From Rhodospirillales bacterium (GTDB taxonomy: Bacteria > Pseudomonadota > Alphaproteobacteria > Micavibrionales > UBA1664): a stretch of 64,000 nucleotides of DNA. Within the stretch, counting starts at the first letter, position 1. Each line of letters begins with the position of its first letter. The notes below the pieces were generated by a model. The model was not told where the DNA came from. It searched no databases and saw only the letters and a program-made list of their open reading frames with translations. Both the position numbers and the translations under genes were made by a program. The stretch is taken from the NCBI GenBank assembly GCA_023898805.1, contig CP060260.1:849656-913655 (forward strand), in the 5' to 3' direction. Positions 28,043-38,251 of this stretch are shown piece after piece.

Positions 28043-29503
28043 ATGCTTCGGAACCTGAAATTCGCGCTTTTTTTCCTCGCCCTTTCGCTGTGCGCCGCAT
28101 CCGCCGCGCCTGTATGGGCGCAAGCCACCGGCACGCCACCGGCAAAGGCCAGCGTCACCGTTTCGCAGGACGATCTTAAAAAACTGATCACCACGCTGGA
28201 AAGCGACACCGCGCGCACCGAATTCATCCAGAATTTGAAGGCCCTTGAAAAAACGCAAGCCCAGCCCGGGGATATGGACGAAGGGCAAGAAACCATTGCC
28301 CCGTTGACCAAGACTCTGGGCGTCGACAACTTTACAAACAAACTGATCGACCGGTATCAGAATTTCCTTGCGCGCAACAACCTCAAGGGCTCGACCGTCG
28401 GACGGATCGGCCTCTCGCTGCTGACCGCGCTTTTGGGGGTCGGATTGGTCTTTTTCTTCCGGCGCGGCGCGACCAAGGCCTTGTACTGGACCGACCGCGC
28501 GGTCAAATGGCTGGACATGCCGGCGGCGCGCCTGCGTTTTTACGCGCGCGTTCTGCGCTTTGTCGTCACCATCGGCCTGCTGGGGCTGATGCTTTACAGC
28601 CTGATGCTGATCTGGGGAGTTGAATCCGATTACAACCCGTTTGAAAGCGAATGGTTCCGTCACAGTATCGGCATGATCATCAACGTTGGCTTCGTCATCG
28701 CGCTGGCCACCATCGTCTGGGAAATCCTCAACGCCATCCTGCATTTGACCTTCGTACGCCTGGATGGCGCGAATTCCAGCCGCGTTTCCACCATCCTGCC
28801 GATCGTGCGCAACATTGCTTTCATGGCGTTCGCGCTTGTCTTTTTCCTGATGCTGCTTTCCGAAATCGGCATCAATATCCTGCCCTTGCTGGCCGGCGCA
28901 GGCATCGTCGGCGTTGCCATCGGCTTCGGCGCACAGACGATGGTCAAGGATTTCCTCTCCGGTTTCACCCTGATCCTCGAAGACGTGATGCGCGTGGGCG
29001 ATGTCGTCAGTATAGGCGGCCATAGCGGCGTGATCGAAAAAATTACGCTACGCAAGATCCAGCTGCGCGATTACGACGGCGCCGTCTATACCGTGCCCTA
29101 CAGCGCGATTACGACCGTGACCAACCGCACCAAGGATTTCGGCATGTACGTGTTTGAAATGGGCGTAGCCTATAAGGAGGATACGGACCGCGTGGTCGAG
29201 GTGATGCGCACGGTATCCGCAGAATTGCGGGCCGACCCGGCCTTTCGTGACCGGATTCTCGACGATCTGGAAATCGCGGGCGTCGACCGCTTTGCCGATT
29301 CCTCGGTCGTCATCAAGGCGCGCATCAAGACCCTGCCGATCCAGCAATGGAACATCGGGCGCGAATTCAACCGCCGCATGAAAAAAGCCTTCGATCAGGC
29401 GGGGATCGAGATACCGTTCCCGCAACAGGTCACCTGGAACATGAATCCGCCGGTGACGGTGGTGCAGGAACGCCGTATCCACGAAGATAAAGCCAAATCC
29501 TGA
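28043..29503 (+). CDS. Mechanosensitive ion channel family protein (MscS-like)
   Basis: Has a signal/TM N-terminus, multiple TM segments and an MscS beta-domain motif (VGDVVSIGGHSGVIEKITLRKIQLRDYDGAVYTVPYS). Confidence 0.85.
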   Translation: MLRNLKFALFFLALSLCAASAAPVWAQATGTPPAKASVTVSQDDLKKLITTLESDTARTEFIQNLKALEKTQAQPGDMDEGQETIAPLTKTLGVDNFTNKLIDRYQNFLARNNLKGSTVGRIGLSLLTALLGVGLVFFFRRGATKALYWTDRAVKWLDMPAARLRFYARVLRFVVTIGLLGLMLYSLMLIWGVESDYNPFESEWFRHSIGMIINVGFVIALATIVWEILNAILHLTFVRLDGANSSRVSTILPIVRNIAFMAFALVFFLMLLSEIGINILPLLAGAGIVGVAIGFGAQTMVKDFLSGFTLILEDVMRVGDVVSIGGHSGVIEKITLRKIQLRDYDGAVYTVPYSAITTVTNRTKDFGMYVFEMGVAYKEDTDRVVEVMRTVSAELRADPAFRDRILDDLEIAGVDRFADSSVVIKARIKTLPIQQWNIGREFNRRMKKAFDQAGIEIPFPQQVTWNMNPPVTVVQERRIHEDKAKS

Positions 29504-29505
29504 CT

Positions 29506-30444
29506 TTAGCGTTTGCGGAATTCGCCCCGGCCGCTGGCCCAGTGCGCAGCGTGGGAATCGATCCAGCCGCGCGCGCCTTCGTCGCGGTTGAGCCACGCAT
29601 CCCACCACGCATGCGCCGCGATGCAGATCATGTCCTGATGCGCCTCGATCCCGTCATAGGCTTCAAGCTGCCCGCGCGACCCGTTGAACACCATGTGGTC
29701 CCCACCCTCCAGCACGAACAGATACTGGTCGACGTCGCCCGCACCCGTGAACACCTCGACCCGCCGCTCCATGCCGAACCCTTCGACCGGGCTTAAATCC
29801 TCGGTCCCGGTGATGTGCAAAAGCGGCCGCTTGATCGACTGGTATACGTTTTCCCCGCCAAGCTGGTGCCGGAACGCAGGCACGGGACTGTATAATACAC
29901 CTGCCAGAAACCGCCCGTCGCTGAGGTCTTCGGGCACCTCGCGCCCCGCCAGTTGGCCGCAGATCACCTGCGTGGTCAGCGCGCCGAAAGAATGGCCGGA
30001 CATACCCAGCCGCGAAAAATCCATGCGCCCGCGGTAAAAATCATCCCGCGCATTCATCTCCATCAGCCGGTCGAGCGCGAACGGCACGTCCAGATAACGG
30101 TTGCGGACCGTTTCCCACGGGATATGCGCGTTGCGGATATTGTCCCATGGATGTCCCGGCATCCCGCGCCACAGACTGTCGTCCGTGCCGTCGTGCTGGA
30201 TATGGATGTGCAAAAACCCGTGACTGGCCAGATACCGGCCCAGATACCCCGCCCCGTCGCGCGTGCCGCCCAGCCCATGCGACCAAATTACGACCGGATA
30301 AGGCCCGGAATCGAGCGTTTCAGGCCGGTAGATTTTATAAGGCACCGTGCGCCCGCGCGCGGCGTCAACCCATTCGCCCTTGTCGATGCGCACATCCAGC
30401 GGGCCGCGCGCGGCCTCGGTTTCAATTGTCCAGTGAACGGCCAT
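29506..30444 (-). CDS. Alpha/beta hydrolase (PAF-acetylhydrolase/dienelactone-hydrolase-like)
   Basis: Has the nucleophile elbow GHSFGA, with VIWSHGLGG upstream. Confidence 0.7.
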   Translation of the reverse strand: MAVHWTIETEAARGPLDVRIDKGEWVDAARGRTVPYKIYRPETLDSGPYPVVIWSHGLGGTRDGAGYLGRYLASHGFLHIHIQHDGTDDSLWRGMPGHPWDNIRNAHIPWETVRNRYLDVPFALDRLMEMNARDDFYRGRMDFSRLGMSGHSFGALTTQVICGQLAGREVPEDLSDGRFLAGVLYSPVPAFRHQLGGENVYQSIKRPLLHITGTEDLSPVEGFGMERRVEVFTGAGDVDQYLFVLEGGDHMVFNGSRGQLEAYDGIEAHQDMICIAAHAWWDAWLNRDEGARGWIDSHAAHWASGRGEFRKR

Positions 30445-30941
30445 TATTTCTTGCGGAACTGGTCAAGGCTCACCACCTCGCCCGATTTCTGCGCGGCGTC
30501 CTTGTCCGCCTTTTCGCCTTTTTCGGCCTTGGGCTTTTTGCCTTTTGGCTTGTCGCCGTCGCCTTCCGCGCCTTCCAGCGGCTGGAACTGCAACGCGAAA
30601 TTAACCGATGGATCGGCAAAGATGGTGATCGCGGGCAGCGGGATTTCCAGCCGCTCCGGCACGTTGTTGAACGACAGCGTCACCCGCATCATCTCGTCGT
30701 CGACCTCAAGATCGTAAAACTGGTACTGCAGCACGATGGTCATTTCGCCGGGATAGCGTTCGCTCAGGTAATCCGGAATCTTCACCCCATCATGCTCGGT
30801 CAGGAAGGTGATGTAAAAATGGTGGTCGCCCGAAAGCCCGTCGCGGATGACCTCGCGTACCGCCTCGCGTACCACGCCGCGCAGCGCCCGTTCGACCATC
30901 CGGTCGTAGCGCAGGATTTCGTCGTCTTTCTTGGAAGCCAT
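30444..30941 (-). CDS. sspB: ClpXP adaptor SspB (alpha-proteobacterial type)
   Basis: Has an SspB-like core (HFYITFLTEHDGVKIPDYLSERYPGEMTIVLQYQF) and a flexible Lys/Glu-rich tail ending in a ClpX-binding-like LDQFRKK. Confidence 0.75.
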   Translation of the reverse strand: MASKKDDEILRYDRMVERALRGVVREAVREVIRDGLSGDHHFYITFLTEHDGVKIPDYLSERYPGEMTIVLQYQFYDLEVDDEMMRVTLSFNNVPERLEIPLPAITIFADPSVNFALQFQPLEGAEGDGDKPKGKKPKAEKGEKADKDAAQKSGEVVSLDQFRKK

Positions 30942-31091
30942 CTGTTTCGTCTTTTTGCTGTGCGAATCTTTTTCCTAACCTACCAAACAACGCCCGCGCG
31001 TCAAACCGCTTGCGCACGGACGTCTTCAAAAAATGCTTATGAAAACGCTTTATACCTTGTCGGAACGCGGGCCATCCCCTAGCTTGAGGCC

Positions 31092-31622
31092 ATGTTCCTT
31101 TGGCCTTCCATCGCCGTCTGCATCCTGTTTTTTTTCGGTTTTCTGCTCGTCGCATGGCTGTGCGCGATCGACCTGAAACTTCGCCTTCTGCCCGACGAAC
31201 TGGTGTTCGCGCTGGCGGTGTGCGGCGTTCTTTTCCGCTGGGCCGCCTGGCCTTATGTCGGCCCGTGGTGGGACGCGGCGGCGGGTGCGGCGGCGGGTGC
31301 GGGCGCGCTAGGCCTGATCCGGCTGGTGGCGAACCGCATCTACGGCTTTGAAACGATGGGACTGGGCGACATCAAGCTGATCGGCGCGGCGGGTATCTGG
31401 CTTGGCCTCGAAGGCGCGATCGAGGCGCTGTGCGCGGGCGCGATGATGGGTCTGCTGCACGGCATCGCCCTGCTGGTCTGGCAACGATGCCGCAACGGCA
31501 AATCCGACTCTTTCCGCGAAATGACCATTCCCGCAGGGCCCGGCTTCTGCGCGGGCGCGGTGCTGGTCGCCGTCATCCGCTTCGCCCCCGCCCTGCCCCT
31601 GTTCGCGACGGGGGCGGGATGA
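31092..31622 (+). CDS. A24-family prepilin peptidase (CpaA-like)
   Basis: 176 aa, polytopic, with conserved Asp contexts (IDLKLRLLPDE, MGLGDIKLIGAAG). Confidence 0.75.
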   Translation: MFLWPSIAVCILFFFGFLLVAWLCAIDLKLRLLPDELVFALAVCGVLFRWAAWPYVGPWWDAAAGAAAGAGALGLIRLVANRIYGFETMGLGDIKLIGAAGIWLGLEGAIEALCAGAMMGLLHGIALLVWQRCRNGKSDSFREMTIPAGPGFCAGAVLVAVIRFAPALPLFATGAG

Positions 31623-32809
31623 CCGGGGCGAACGGGCCGCTTAAGAACATCAGGGTGGTCGACCTGACCCGCGTGCTGGCGGGGCCTGTCTGCACCCAGA
31701 TGCTTGGCGACCTCGGCGCCGACGTAATCAAGATCGAACGCCCGCCGGAAGGCGACGACACCCGCGCCTGGGGGCCGCCTTTTCTTAAAGACGGCGAAGG
31801 ACGGGAAACGGACGAAAGCGCCTATTATCTTTCCGCCAACCGCAACAAACGCTCGGTGGTGCTGGACCTTGCGCGCGAACAGGACCGCGAAAAACTGCAC
31901 GCCCTGCTGCGCGATGCCGACGTGCTGGTTGAAAACTTCAAGGTCGGAAGTCTTGCGCGCCTTGGCTTTGGCTATGAACAGCTTAAAACCCGCTATCCCC
32001 GGCTGGTTTATGCCTCGATCACGGGCTTCGGCCAGACGGGGCCATGGGCGCAGGAACCCGGCTATGACTTCATCATTCAGGGCCTGTCCGGGTTTATGAG
32101 CGTCACCGGCGAACCCTCAGGTGGGCCGGTCAAGGCGGGGGTTGCGATCATCGACTACGTCACGGGCCTCAATACCGTGATCGGTATTCTGGCCGCCTTG
32201 CGCGCGCGCGATGAAACCGGGCGCGGCCAGCATGTCGATCTGGCGCTGCTTGATTCCGCCCTCGCGATGCTCACCAATATCGCGCAATACGCGCTGACCA
32301 GCGGACAAAACCCGCCGCGCGTCGGCAACGCGCACACGACGATCGTGCCCTACAACGCCTTTCAGGCGGCGGACGGCTGGGTCATTCTGGCGGTAGGCAA
32401 CGACCATCAGTTCGCACATTTTTGTGAATTCGCGGGCCGCCCCGAACTCGCGCGCGATCAACGCTTTGCGACCAACGAACAGCGCGTCATCCACCGCGAG
32501 ACCCTGACTCCGATGATCGCGCAGATAATCGCCGCGCACCCGGTCAAACACTGGATGGAAGGCCTGATCGCGCGCGGCGTGCCCTGCGGGCCGGTCAATT
32601 CGATGCTTGATGCGCTCCACCTGCCGCAATTACACGCGCGCGACATGATCGTGCATATGGACCACCCTGCCGCGCCTGCGCCCATTGCGCTGGTCGGCAA
32701 TCCGGTCAAACTTTCGGAAACCCCCGTCGCCTACCGCCGCGCGCCGCCGGTCATGGGTGCGGATCAGGACGGGGTTTTCAGCAACGGCGCGAAATCGGAA
32801 ACGAACTGA
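31619..32809 (+). CDS. CaiB/BaiF family III CoA-transferase
   Basis: The start was moved to ATG 31619, which forms an ATGA overlap with the peptidase stop. Contains LKNIRVVDLTRVLAGP and DVLVENF motifs. Confidence 0.85.
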   Translation: MTGANGPLKNIRVVDLTRVLAGPVCTQMLGDLGADVIKIERPPEGDDTRAWGPPFLKDGEGRETDESAYYLSANRNKRSVVLDLAREQDREKLHALLRDADVLVENFKVGSLARLGFGYEQLKTRYPRLVYASITGFGQTGPWAQEPGYDFIIQGLSGFMSVTGEPSGGPVKAGVAIIDYVTGLNTVIGILAALRARDETGRGQHVDLALLDSALAMLTNIAQYALTSGQNPPRVGNAHTTIVPYNAFQAADGWVILAVGNDHQFAHFCEFAGRPELARDQRFATNEQRVIHRETLTPMIAQIIAAHPVKHWMEGLIARGVPCGPVNSMLDALHLPQLHARDMIVHMDHPAAPAPIALVGNPVKLSETPVAYRRAPPVMGADQDGVFSNGAKSETN

Positions 32810-33531
32810 TACCCGGCGACACAAAACGCCAGCGCGAAACTGGCGTACAGGACCGATTTTTGCACGCGCGGCGAAAGCCCGCCCAACCGGTTGAGCATCA
32901 ACCCCCCGGTATAACCGCCGACCAGTGCGCCCGCGGACCACGGCACCCAGATTGCCGCGACCAGATTGCCGTGCAGCCAGTGCGTCACGACCGCCGAGAT
33001 GACCAAAAGAAACTCGACGAACCGCGCCTGTATCTTGACGAAGGCGATATCCGCATCGTCCGGGAATTTCAGCCGCAACAACGCCAGCAACAAGACCCCG
33101 ATGCCCGCGCCGAACAACCCCGCATAAATCCCGATCAAGAACGCGGCGGCATGAAAGGTTTTTTCGCTGATAAAAGGCGCAAGCCGCGGCGCCCAAACCG
33201 CCAGCATGATCGACACGACAACGGCGGGGAACAGCCATATCTGGCTTAACTGCGCGATCGCCGACGCGCCGATGACGGTGCCAACCAGTGCCAGCGTGGA
33301 AATTTTCAAATTCTGGCGATAGGCGATCTGCGAATGCGTCGATACGGTCGAACCGATGCTGCGGAAAAAACTGCCGGTTTTCGCGTTGCCGACGATGACG
33401 CCGAACCCGGCCTGCGGGAATAAGGCCTGCATCAGCGGAATGGTGAAAAACATCGTCCCGCCGAAAACCACCGCTGCGATTCCCAAAACGAACCCCGCCG
33501 GCACCAACAGCCAGGATTCAATTTCCCACAA
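32764..33531 (-). CDS. TauE/SafE-family anion exporter
   Basis: 255 aa with about 8 TM segments and Gly-rich helices typical of TauE. It overlaps the convergent CoA-transferase gene by 46 nt. Confidence 0.7.
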   Translation of the reverse strand: MWEIESWLLVPAGFVLGIAAVVFGGTMFFTIPLMQALFPQAGFGVIVGNAKTGSFFRSIGSTVSTHSQIAYRQNLKISTLALVGTVIGASAIAQLSQIWLFPAVVVSIMLAVWAPRLAPFISEKTFHAAAFLIGIYAGLFGAGIGVLLLALLRLKFPDDADIAFVKIQARFVEFLLVISAVVTHWLHGNLVAAIWVPWSAGALVGGYTGGLMLNRLGGLSPRVQKSVLYASFALAFCVAGYQFVSDFAPLLKTPS

Positions 33532-34819
33532 TCGACCCTCCGGCGAATTTCACGCGCCCGCCGACGATGGTGTATTCTGCCTTTCCGGTCAGTTTTTTGC
33601 CGTCGAAAACGCAGTTTTTGCCTTTGGAAAAACTTTCGCGCGCATCGACAACCCAACTTTTCTTGGTATCGAATATCGCGATGTCCGCATCCGCGCCGAC
33701 GGAAAGCGTGCCTTTTTCGATGCGCAGGATCTTCGCGGGCTCCACCGTCATCTTGGATATGCCCTTGGCCAGCGAAATATGCCCGGCCCGGACCAGATAG
33801 CTATGCATCACCGCGAAACTGGTTTCCAACCCCGTCGACCCGAACGCGGCATGAACGAACGGCTCCAGCTTGTCCGGCTCGATATGCGGCGCGTGGTCCG
33901 TGGTGAACGCGTCTACCGTATCGTCCTTGATGCCGGCGATGACAGCGGCGATATGCTCGGCCGAACGCAGCGGCGGATACATTTTCGCGTTGGTGTTGTA
34001 GCCAAGGCATTCTTCGTCGCTCAGCGCGAAATGCTGGACCGAGACTTCGGCGGTGACGTTGCGCCGCTCGGATTTTTTTGTGGCGCGGATCGCGGCAATG
34101 GCGCCTTCCGACGAATTGTGCAGAAGATGCAGCCGCGCGCCACACAGATTGGCCAGCAAGATGTTTTTGACGACGGCCAGGTCCTCCGACGCGGCAGACG
34201 TCCCCGGCAGGCCAAGCTGCGTCGAAACCCAACCTTCGTGCATCACGCCACCGGCGGTCAGGGATTCGGTTTCGCAATGGCTCATCAACAATATGTCGCA
34301 GGTCTTGGTGTATTCCAGCGCGCGGCGCAGGATGTTTTCATCCTGCACGTCCACCCCGTCGTCGGTGACGGCGACTGCGCCGGATTTCTTCAACTCGTTG
34401 ATCTCGGCCAGCATCGAGCCCTGTTGCCCGCGCGTAATCGCGCCGGTCGGGTAGACATTGACCAGATCGACCTCCCGCGCGCGCTTGAGCACGAATTCGA
34501 TCACCGTCTGGTTGTCGGCGACCGGCGTCGTGTTGGGCATGGCGACGACCGAGGTCACCCCGCCCGCCAGCGCCGCGCGGGATGCCGTTTCGATCGTCTC
34601 GCGGTCCTCGCGCCCCGGCTCGCGCATATGCACCTGCAGGTCGATCAGGCCCGGTGTGACGGTAAGCCCCTTGGCATCGATGACCGTACCGGCCCCGGAT
34701 TTGAGGTTCTTGCCCACGCCCGCGATTTTCCCGTCGCGCACCAGAATATCGGCCGGACCGTCCAGCCCGTTCGCAGGATCGACGACATGGCCGCCGCGGA
34801 TCAGAAGATCGCCGCTCAT
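33518..34819 (-). CDS. pyrC: Dihydroorotase-like protein with a variant metal motif (possible non-catalytic PyrC')
   Basis: Amidohydrolase motifs are present (SHCE, LHLLHNSS, TTDHAPH). The canonical D-H-x-H is D-L-Q-V-H (GLIDLQVHMREPG). Its ATG overlaps the pyrB stop (ATGA). Confidence 0.8.
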   Translation of the reverse strand: MSGDLLIRGGHVVDPANGLDGPADILVRDGKIAGVGKNLKSGAGTVIDAKGLTVTPGLIDLQVHMREPGREDRETIETASRAALAGGVTSVVAMPNTTPVADNQTVIEFVLKRAREVDLVNVYPTGAITRGQQGSMLAEINELKKSGAVAVTDDGVDVQDENILRRALEYTKTCDILLMSHCETESLTAGGVMHEGWVSTQLGLPGTSAASEDLAVVKNILLANLCGARLHLLHNSSEGAIAAIRATKKSERRNVTAEVSVQHFALSDEECLGYNTNAKMYPPLRSAEHIAAVIAGIKDDTVDAFTTDHAPHIEPDKLEPFVHAAFGSTGLETSFAVMHSYLVRAGHISLAKGISKMTVEPAKILRIEKGTLSVGADADIAIFDTKKSWVVDARESFSKGKNCVFDGKKLTGKAEYTIVGGRVKFAGGSIVGN

Positions 34820-35820
34820 CGCAAATGCGCCTCCTTCACGCGGCCGTCCATGCGGTTGGCCAAAAGCCACAAAAGCGCCTTGCGCACGGCCATGCCGTTT
34901 TCGACCTGTTGTAAAATATGGGACCGGTTATCAAGCGTGACCAGCGCGGAATGCACGTCGATGTCGCGGCGCACCGGCCCGGCGTGCATCAGCATCGCTT
35001 TCGGTTTCGCCAGATCGAGCCGCACCTTGCTGATGCCGTACATTTTGGAATATTCGCGCAAAGTGGGGATGAACCCGGCCGCGCCGCGCTCCTCCTGCAC
35101 CCGCAGGGCATAAACCACGTCGGCGCCTTCCAGCGCGTCTTCCAGCGAGTGAAAAACCTTGAGCCCGAAATTCTCGATTCCCGCCGGAACGAAGGTTTGC
35201 GGCGCGGCGATGCGGATATCGCCCTTGAGCTTCTTTATGATGCGGATCAACGAACCAGCGACGCGCGAATGCATCACGTCGCCGACGATGGTGATCGTCT
35301 TGCCCGAAAGCGATTTCGCCTTGAAGCGGTCAAGCATGGTCAAGGCGTCGAGAAGCCCCTGCGTCGGATGTTCGTGCCAGCCGTCGCCCGCGTTGATGAT
35401 CGACGCGCCGACATGCCGCGCCAGCACCTGCGCCACGCCCGATTCCTTGGTGCGCACGACGATGACCTTAAGATTATAGGAATCCAGCGTTTCGACGGTA
35501 TCAAGGAAGCTTTCCCCCTTGTTGGTCGAGGAGGACGAGCCGACATTGCTGGTGTCCATCGAAAGCTGCTTGGCCGAAAGGTCGAAACTCGACATCGTGC
35601 GGGTCGAACTCTCGAAAAAGGCGTTCACCATCGAACAGCCTTTGTTGAACGCGAATTTATACGTTTCATGCGCGCGAAACGCGCGCGCGAGGTCAAGGAT
35701 CAGGTCGATATCGGCTTGCGAAAGCTGGTCGATGGAATAAAGGTCGAAAAAACTGACATCCCGCCCGTCGCGGGCAGCGAGGAGGTCTTTTTCGATCCGG
35801 TCCGTCATGAGGGGGGACAT
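34816..35820 (-). CDS. pyrB: Aspartate carbamoyltransferase catalytic chain
   Basis: Contains STRTMSSF, HPTQ and HAGPVRRDID-type motifs. Confidence 0.9.
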   Translation of the reverse strand: MSPLMTDRIEKDLLAARDGRDVSFFDLYSIDQLSQADIDLILDLARAFRAHETYKFAFNKGCSMVNAFFESSTRTMSSFDLSAKQLSMDTSNVGSSSSTNKGESFLDTVETLDSYNLKVIVVRTKESGVAQVLARHVGASIINAGDGWHEHPTQGLLDALTMLDRFKAKSLSGKTITIVGDVMHSRVAGSLIRIIKKLKGDIRIAAPQTFVPAGIENFGLKVFHSLEDALEGADVVYALRVQEERGAAGFIPTLREYSKMYGISKVRLDLAKPKAMLMHAGPVRRDIDVHSALVTLDNRSHILQQVENGMAVRKALLWLLANRMDGRVKEAHLR

Positions 35821-35867
35821 TACGGCATAACGCGGGGGAAATCAAACCCCGGCGTCGGACCTGGTTT

Positions 35868-37112
35868 CTAGGCCGGCCTGACCAGCGCGTGTTTCTTCTT
35901 GCCGGACGAAATTTTGATCGACCCGTCCGCGCCCAGATGGTCGAGCGTGCATTTGAACGCGTCGCTTTCCACCGGGTTGTCGTTGACATAGGCGCCGCCG
36001 CCCTGGATCAGGCGCCGTGCCTCGCCGTTCGAGGCTGCGAACCCGACCTGCTTGAGCAGGTCGATCAGCGTGATCCCCGCCTCCAGCTGCGCGCGGGCGA
36101 TGGTCACGCTCGGCAAATCCGCGCCCGCCGCATTGTCCTCGAAGGTCCGGCGGGCGGTTTCCTCCGCGGCTTGCGCGGCCTCGCGCCCGTGGCACAGGGC
36201 GCAGGCTTCGGTCGCAAGGATTTTCTTGGCCTCGTTGATTTCGGTCCCGCCCAACGCCTCCAGCCGCGCGATCTCGTCCAGCGGCAGAAACGTGAACAAT
36301 TTCAAAAACCGGCCCACATCGGCATCCGCCGTATTGCGCCAGAATTGCCAGTAATCGTAAACCGGCAACATCGCGGCGTTCAGCCACACCGCCCCGGCGG
36401 CGGTTTTGCCCATCTTCTTGCCGTCCGCGGTGGTCAAAAGCGGCGTGGTCAGGGCATACAGCGCATATCCGTGCATCCGCCGCCCCAGTTCGACACCGTT
36501 GACGATGTTCCCCCACTGGTCGGCCCCGCCCATCTGCAAAATCGTGCCGTGCCGTTTGCACAATTCGACGAAGTCATAGCTTTGCAGGATCATGTAGTTG
36601 AATTCGATAAACGACAAAGGCTGCTCGCGCTCCAGCCGCAACTTGACCGAATCCATGGTCAGCATCCGGTTGATCGAAAAATGCCGGCCCACGTCGCGCA
36701 GGAAATCGATGTAATTCAGGGTCGCCAGCCATGAATCGTTATTCGCCATCATCGCCTGATCGGTGCCGTAATCGATGAAATTGGCGAAGACCTTCTGGAT
36801 GCCCGCGATATTGTCGTTGATCGTCTGCACAGACAAAAGCTTGCGCGCCTCGTCCTTGCCCGACGGATCGCCGACCCGCGTCGTCCCGCCGCCCATCAGC
36901 GTGATCGGCCGGTGGCCGCAACGCTGGAACCACGCCAGCATCATGATCTGCACCAGATTGCCGACATGCAATGAAGGCGCGGTAGCATCGAAACCGATAT
37001 AGGCGGATTGCGTTCCTTCCAGAAGGCGGTGATCCAGCCCGTTGAAATCGCTGCACTGGTGGATAAAGCCGCGCGCGTGCATGACGTTGAGGAATTCGGA
37101 TTTATAGGCCAT
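35868..37112 (-). CDS. tyrS: Tyrosine--tRNA ligase
   Basis: Has a HIGH-like SLHVGN, a KMSKS-like KMGKT and a C-terminal S4 domain. The start is at MAYKSEF. Confidence 0.9.
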   Translation of the reverse strand: MAYKSEFLNVMHARGFIHQCSDFNGLDHRLLEGTQSAYIGFDATAPSLHVGNLVQIMMLAWFQRCGHRPITLMGGGTTRVGDPSGKDEARKLLSVQTINDNIAGIQKVFANFIDYGTDQAMMANNDSWLATLNYIDFLRDVGRHFSINRMLTMDSVKLRLEREQPLSFIEFNYMILQSYDFVELCKRHGTILQMGGADQWGNIVNGVELGRRMHGYALYALTTPLLTTADGKKMGKTAAGAVWLNAAMLPVYDYWQFWRNTADADVGRFLKLFTFLPLDEIARLEALGGTEINEAKKILATEACALCHGREAAQAAEETARRTFEDNAAGADLPSVTIARAQLEAGITLIDLLKQVGFAASNGEARRLIQGGGAYVNDNPVESDAFKCTLDHLGADGSIKISSGKKKHALVRPA

Positions 37113-37171
37113 GGCCCGCCCTTTTTTCAAAAATGCATGACTTTGCCCTACGGATAGCAGAAAATCGCGCT

Positions 37172-38251
37172 ATGGCAAAGACGCAGCGCGTTCTGGGATT
37201 GATGAGCGGCACGTCGATGGACGGCATCGACGCCGCACTGCTGCACACCGACGGCATCGCGGCGGGCGAGGTGCTGGCCCGCGCCTTCACCCCCTACCCC
37301 GAAACCGTCCGCGCGGCGATCCGCGCCGTGCTGGGCAGGCCCCCGGAAAACGAGGCCGCCGCGATAGCCCAAACCCTCGTGACCGACTGGCATATAAACG
37401 CAGTCCGCGATTTCGGGCATGCCGGACAAATCGACCTGATTGCCTTTCACGGCCAGACCGTGTTCCACGACCCCGCCAACGCCCGCACATGGCAGATCGG
37501 CGACGGCCCGCGCCTTGCCGCCGCCACGGGCCTTCCGGTCATGTACGATTTTCGTTCGAACGACATGCGCCACGGGGGTCAGGGCGCACCGCTTCTGCCG
37601 CTGTACCACCGCGCGCTGGTGCGCAAGGCGGAGCTGGAGGAACCGGCCGCCGTCCTCAACCTAGGCGGCGTCGCCAACATCACCTGGATTGATGGCGAGG
37701 CGATTTACGCCTGCGACACCGGCCCGGCCAGCGCCCTGATCGACGACTGGATGCGGCGCGCGACCGGGGAATCGATGGACCGGAACGGCGAAACGGCCCT
37801 CAAGGGCGCGCCCGATCGCGCCCGCATCCAGAAATGGCTGGAAAACCCTTATTTCGCGCGCACCCTGCCCAAATCCCTCGACCGCGACGCCTTTGCATCC
37901 TGCCGCGTTGATGACCTTTCGCCCGAGGACGGCGCGGCCACGCTCGCCGCCTTCACGGTGGCCGGGGTTTTCGCGGCGCTCGACCGCCTGCCCGGCCCGA
38001 CCCGGCGGTTGCTCGTCTGCGGCGGCGGACGACACAACGCGGCCATCATGCGCGGCCTCGAAACCCGTCTGCCGGTGACCGACGCCGATACGCTGGGTTG
38101 GTCCGGCGATTTCATCGAGGCCGAAGGCTTCGCCTACCTCGCCGCCCGCGCCCGCGCGGGCCTGCCGCTGACCCTGCCCACCACCACCGGGTGCCTGCAA
38201 CCCGTTAGTGGCGGAATCCTCGTCGAACCTGATACCATAGCCGCCTCATGA
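37172..38251 (+). CDS. anmK: Anhydro-N-acetylmuramic acid kinase
   Basis: Has the N-terminal GLMSGTSMDGIDAAL motif and is of AnmK-like length. Confidence 0.85.
   Translation: MAKTQRVLGLMSGTSMDGIDAALLHTDGIAAGEVLARAFTPYPETVRAAIRAVLGRPPENEAAAIAQTLVTDWHINAVRDFGHAGQIDLIAFHGQTVFHDPANARTWQIGDGPRLAAATGLPVMYDFRSNDMRHGGQGAPLLPLYHRALVRKAELEEPAAVLNLGGVANITWIDGEAIYACDTGPASALIDDWMRRATGESMDRNGETALKGAPDRARIQKWLENPYFARTLPKSLDRDAFASCRVDDLSPEDGAATLAAFTVAGVFAALDRLPGPTRRLLVCGGGRHNAAIMRGLETRLPVTDADTLGWSGDFIEAEGFAYLAARARAGLPLTLPTTTGCLQPVSGGILVEPDTIAAS

Noticed and set aside
25758-28145. 795-aa minus-strand ORF
   Set aside because: It is antisense to the fused hydroxyacyl-CoA dehydrogenase/enoyl-CoA hydratase gene, whose Rossmann and crotonase motifs are unambiguous. 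The composition is shadow-ORF-like.
33356-35113. 585-aa plus-strand ORF (also 34918-35871 and 35889-36734)
   Set aside because: They are antisense to TauE, pyrC, pyrB and tyrS, all of which carry family motifs. The same shadow-ORF composition applies.
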